Assembly: GCA_964620805.1 (NCBI GenBank)
Contig: CAZUJQ010000003.1
Span: 1-57,583, forward strand
Reading direction: 5' to 3'
Source of the DNA: an uncultured Planctomycetales bacterium
GTDB taxonomy: Bacteria > Omnitrophota > Gorgyraeia > Zapsychrales > JAHFFX01
Length of the DNA: 57,583 nt
Below, piece after piece: positions 54,321-57,583 of this stretch (positions within the stretch are counted from its first letter, which is position 1; every line of letters begins with the position of its first letter). The translations under genes were made by a program, and so were the position numbers. Under the pieces are notes generated by a model. It ran no database searches and was not told the DNA's origin. It was given only the letters and a program-made list of their open reading frames with translations.

Positions 54321-55746
54321 TGATATCAGAAGCGTCCAGCAAATGCTCTGACCCCTTCTTTATATACGTAATAATAAAATCAGGTGGATTATGATTCAAG
54401 TTTTGTCGCATTTTCACTTGTAGAGAAGGGGCCTTTACGATGAGGGGGGTAGTGAATAGGAAAAAGACGCCTTTATAGCTGTCTCTTCCGGCGAGAGCAT
54501 AAATAATGGAGTGATCACCTAAAATGAGAAGAGTTTTTTCACGAGGGATATTTGATTTGATGTATTCAACAATGTGATCGACCTTTTCTCCATCCTCCTT
54601 ACCAAAGAGCCAGCCATCCAGCGGCTCAGATTTGAGTTTATAACTCCCTATCTGCTTTGCGCTCTTTATCCAAATGCCACGTTCTATACCATATTGAATG
54701 GAACGGAAGGAAAAATAAAAACATAGCAAAATAAGCAAGATGACAGATAAACGATCTGTTAAATTTTTCCGAGCTCTTTGAGTAGTCACCTTATGAAGCA
54801 GAATGAACGCAAAAGTCATCACAAACCCGCGTAAAAGTGTGTTGGCCGAACCCAGCGATCCTGATTTTATTGAAAATACGGCAATGCCAACGAGTAGCAG
54901 AAAGAGCAATAAATAGTGGGAAAGATTTTTCATCTGCCTCCAAGCATTAAGCATCACAATCGTGCCGATCAGAATATAGGATTTGGGCAAGTCTGGTACA
55001 GCAAAAAAGTTTTCCAACCGGTCCGTCAGTTTCAATGCGTAGATAAAAATCGCTTGCTGAAGATATTCTTCAGAATGAGGCATGAGAATCAGTGAAATTA
55101 TGGCTGATAGTAGAATGCCCGCTCCATAATATAAAACTACCTTTAGCCGTTTAATAATTACAATCCAATATATAAAGAAGGCAACTGCATAGGCAACTCC
55201 GATATTGGTTTTGCTTAAGAACGCAAGGATTGTTAAACAGCCGGTAAGAAAGCTAATCAAAGGCCAATGGTGGGATTTCTGCTCAGCGATATTGTATGCA
55301 ATAATTAAGATGGCAAATATCCCCCACAGATGGGCTGTATGGTCGTACCAGGGAAAAGAGGCGGGTATATAAAATGAAGCGCTCGTCAAAAAGGTCACAA
55401 GGATTGTTAAAAAGATAGGTAAAATTCTCCATGCCATGAAGAAGTTTATAATAATGACAACGGAACTTACCAAAATGATATGTATTAAAATTGCAGATTT
55501 CCCAAATCCGAATAGCTGAAAAAAACCGGCTGTAAGATAAAGATGAATTGGGCCTGAATGATAAAAGAAATCGCGATAGGGATGTTGGCCTCGAAAGACC
55601 CGATAACCAGCGTCAAGGAATGCCCCCATATCAGACATATTGAAACAGCGAAAAAGGTTATAATTCAGCATGAAAGCATTAAATATCAAAATCAAAATAA
55701 GGGAAGTCAGGCCCAGGAGGGCCACATAACGAGGTTTGGTAGTCAT
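54211..55746 (-). CDS. Polytopic membrane protein (GT-C-like)
   Basis: DMGAFLDAGYRVFRGQHPYRDFFYHSGP after TM1, SKTNIG, many TM helices, soluble C-terminal domain. Confidence 0.7.
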   Translation of the reverse strand: MTTKPRYVALLGLTSLILILIFNAFMLNYNLFRCFNMSDMGAFLDAGYRVFRGQHPYRDFFYHSGPIHLYLTAGFFQLFGFGKSAILIHIILVSSVVIIINFFMAWRILPIFLTILVTFLTSASFYIPASFPWYDHTAHLWGIFAILIIAYNIAEQKSHHWPLISFLTGCLTILAFLSKTNIGVAYAVAFFIYWIVIIKRLKVVLYYGAGILLSAIISLILMPHSEEYLQQAIFIYALKLTDRLENFFAVPDLPKSYILIGTIVMLNAWRQMKNLSHYLLLFLLLVGIAVFSIKSGSLGSANTLLRGFVMTFAFILLHKVTTQRARKNLTDRLSVILLILLCFYFSFRSIQYGIERGIWIKSAKQIGSYKLKSEPLDGWLFGKEDGEKVDHIVEYIKSNIPREKTLLILGDHSIIYALAGRDSYKGVFFLFTTPLIVKAPSLQVKMRQNLNHNPPDFIITYIKKGSEHLLDASDIIIPDEFALQYQLLEVWNDFGIFRRKNVDCLDRKQCK

Positions 55747-55761
55747 GCCTTGCGGAGATTA

Positions 55762-55941
55762 TCAGCCACGAGGAGCTTCGGGAGAATTCAAGGGGTGCTG
55801 GCGTGAATTATGAAAAGGGTCTTTGAAGCTAAAACCCCTCAAGAATTTAACAATATAAATAAAGACAATAAGGCCAACCGTTAAAGGCATAATGATGAGG
55901 GCACCGAGAATGGCCCATAGATTCGCGAAAAACCTCTTCAT
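55762..55941 (-). CDS. Small single-TM protein, 59 aa, absent from the ORF track
   Basis: Manual translation: MKRFFANLWAILGALIIMPLTVGLIVFIYIVKFLRGFSFKDPFHNSRQHPLNSPEAPRG*; fills the gap between two minus-strand genes. Confidence 0.55.
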   Translation of the reverse strand: MKRFFANLWAILGALIIMPLTVGLIVFIYIVKFLRGFSFKDPFHNSRQHPLNSPEAPRG

Positions 55942-55979
55942 AAATTATATAGGATTAAATAACGAAGGGGTTGGCGTAT

Positions 55980-57530
55980 TTAACAAATTGTGAGGTCGCT
56001 TTTATAAAACAGCTCGTGTCGTACACGACGCACTAGGGCCAAATCCGGCGCAAAGCGGTACATCTTATTCTCTAATTTATGGCGATAGTAGCGGCTCACC
56101 GGTTTAGCGGCTGCTGTGGCCAAGGCCCTTAAGGGCTTATTGCGTAAACTACCCATGACATTTTCGAGGGCATTTGCTAGAATACTCATATAAGAAATAT
56201 TGCCAAGATAGTAACGGCCTTTTTTATCAAACCACGGATTTTTCTTTCCATCAATATCATAATCATCGAAGATCCAATCCGCCCACTCTTCCAGCGATTG
56301 CGGTGGTTGCAAACCGTGTTTTAGGGATAAACGAAAATCGGGTGTCCCTGGAAGCGGCGTATAGACGGCCATCGTCTCAAGCTGGGCCATGGGATTTTCC
56401 CGTTTAAGACGAAAACCTAGCTCGATGGTTTTATTGATATCGTCAAATGTTTCCGTAGGATAACCGATCATGAGACCAAAAACGGGAATAATGCCATGTT
56501 TTTTGCATCTTTGATTGGCTGCTAGGGTTTGCTCAACGGTAATGCCTTTTTGCATTAGGTCTAAGATACGCTGGGAACCCGACTCGGCACCGAATTTAAG
56601 CGTATAAGCGCCGGAACGCTTTAAGACATCAATGTCATAATCCGAAGCCTTCATAAAGACATCACACCGCGTTCCAGAGGTATAAAAACAAATATTCAGT
56701 TTTCTTTCTATAAAACCTTCACAAATAGCCGTTGCCCGCTTTCGGTTGATATAAAATTCATCATCCCTTAGCCAGATGCCGTTTAGCTTAAAACGTTTGA
56801 CTTGGTCTTCAATCATATCCAGGCTTTTATCGACAGATATAGCCCGCCATTTGCGTTCTCGGATTTCAGCACTACTGCAAAAACCACAGTTAAAAGGACA
56901 GCCTCGGCTAGTCTGACCTACATCCAATACCCTTGAGCTCTCTTTAAGATACATATCGCGGTGGATATAGTTCTCTGGATTAATAAGCTCCCAGGGCGTT
57001 GGCAGGAGCGTTTCTATATCGAGAAGTGGCCTCAGCGGAGTCTTGACGATTTGACCGCCATCCTTATACAAAATGCCTTTGATTGTGTTTAAACTCTGTT
57101 TATGATCGAGCGCCTGAATAATTTCTAATAATGTGTGATCTCCCTCACCAACGACAACAATATCAACTTTATCATTGGCTAATGTCTGTTCCGGCGTAAC
57201 CGAAGGGTGACACCCGCCCCAAATGATCGGGATTTTGCCATCGGTTAAATCTCTGACCATTTGGGCCAAGGTTAAGGCATTATGAATCTGCGTACCAGTC
57301 ATTGCCGATATGGCAACGCAGATGGTATCGCTGGAGATAAGATCTTGGAGGTCTTCTAAGGTAATGATCTGGGTTCGCTGATCGAGCAGCCTAACTTTGT
57401 ACCCCGCTTTAAGAATAGGGGCCGCGACTGTAAGAAGGGCATGAGGCGGTGCAACGGTAGAACCGATATCCATTCCCGTTTTGGGATAAAGCAGAATCAT
57501 ATGGGGTTTCGTCTCTCTTTTCATAATCAT
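55980..57530 (-). CDS. Cobalamin-binding radical SAM protein
   Basis: [18 protein letters not shown]; [12 protein letters not shown] (canonical CX3CX2C); LRDDEF; [10 protein letters not shown]. Confidence 0.88.
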   Translation of the reverse strand: MIMKRETKPHMILLYPKTGMDIGSTVAPPHALLTVAAPILKAGYKVRLLDQRTQIITLEDLQDLISSDTICVAISAMTGTQIHNALTLAQMVRDLTDGKIPIIWGGCHPSVTPEQTLANDKVDIVVVGEGDHTLLEIIQALDHKQSLNTIKGILYKDGGQIVKTPLRPLLDIETLLPTPWELINPENYIHRDMYLKESSRVLDVGQTSRGCPFNCGFCSSAEIRERKWRAISVDKSLDMIEDQVKRFKLNGIWLRDDEFYINRKRATAICEGFIERKLNICFYTSGTRCDVFMKASDYDIDVLKRSGAYTLKFGAESGSQRILDLMQKGITVEQTLAANQRCKKHGIIPVFGLMIGYPTETFDDINKTIELGFRLKRENPMAQLETMAVYTPLPGTPDFRLSLKHGLQPPQSLEEWADWIFDDYDIDGKKNPWFDKKGRYYLGNISYMSILANALENVMGSLRNKPLRALATAAAKPVSRYYRHKLENKMYRFAPDLALVRRVRHELFYKSDLTIC

Positions 57531-57583
57531 CTTGAGTTTGGCAAATTTTCGAATTTGTCGTCGGAAAAGTCTCTCGGATCGCA
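57527..57583 (-). CDS. C-terminal fragment of an upstream gene (..[18 protein letters not shown])
   Basis: Open frame from the window end whose TGA overlaps the radical SAM ATG (ATGA); only 18 codons visible. Confidence 0.45.
   Translation of the reverse strand, partial: CDPRDFSDDKFENLPNSR
57531..57549 (-). repeat. Right copy of the 19-bp perfect inverted repeat
   Basis: CTTGAGTTTGGCAAATTTT is the exact reverse complement of 35-53. Confidence 0.9.

Noticed and set aside
742-56407. Many short antisense or out-of-frame ORFs in the track
   Set aside because: They lie inside well-supported genes and show no recognisable motifs; treated as shadow ORFs.
55980-57530. Specific assignment of the radical SAM proteins to BchE, HpnJ or HpnP
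   Set aside because: No photosynthesis or hopanoid genes nearby; sequence alone does not support a named function.
1-57583. Transposon with terminal inverted repeats
   Set aside because: No transposase or integrase recognised, identity is highest at the inner end of the repeats, and no target-site duplication is assessable; kept only as an inversion or paralog hypothesis.

Overview
This window is almost entirely one surface-glycan biosynthesis locus from an AT-rich bacterium. Candidatus Omnitrophota-like gene style is my inference only. About 47 tightly coupled + strand genes (1152-54320) follow a consensus sigma70 promoter and an EPS-associated MarR-type regulator. They comprise a CDP-sugar head (rfbF, rfbG-like, cupin epimerase, CBS-SDR), an ABC flippase, and a nonulosonic-acid pathway (pseC, pseG, NeuB-type synthase, SpsF fused to a class III aminotransferase, pseH-like GNAT fused to DUF4910). 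Tailoring genes include a B12 radical SAM enzyme with a non-canonical CX6CX2C motif, a PhyH dioxygenase and five SAM methyltransferases. An ACP/FabH/FkbH/MaoC-SDR/AAC(3)/DUF4910 acyl module resembles the Campylobacter cj1295-cj1304 block. A second ulosonate-like module (NeuA-like, HAD, HpcH aldolase, KdsB-like, dehydrogenase, epimerase) is present, along with three large orphan GT-B-like proteins, GT2/GT4 enzymes, a ligase-like protein with an internal repeat and several polytopic membrane proteins. A convergent minus-strand operon (B12 radical SAM, unannotated 59-aa peptide, membrane protein) closes the right side, and a divergent TPR gene is on the left. The most striking non-coding signal is a perfect 19-bp inverted repeat (35-53 and 57531-57549), each copy exactly 34 nt from its window end. 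I found no recombinase, transposase, tRNA, rRNA or CRISPR array. All product calls come from motif recognition by eye; no database searches were run.
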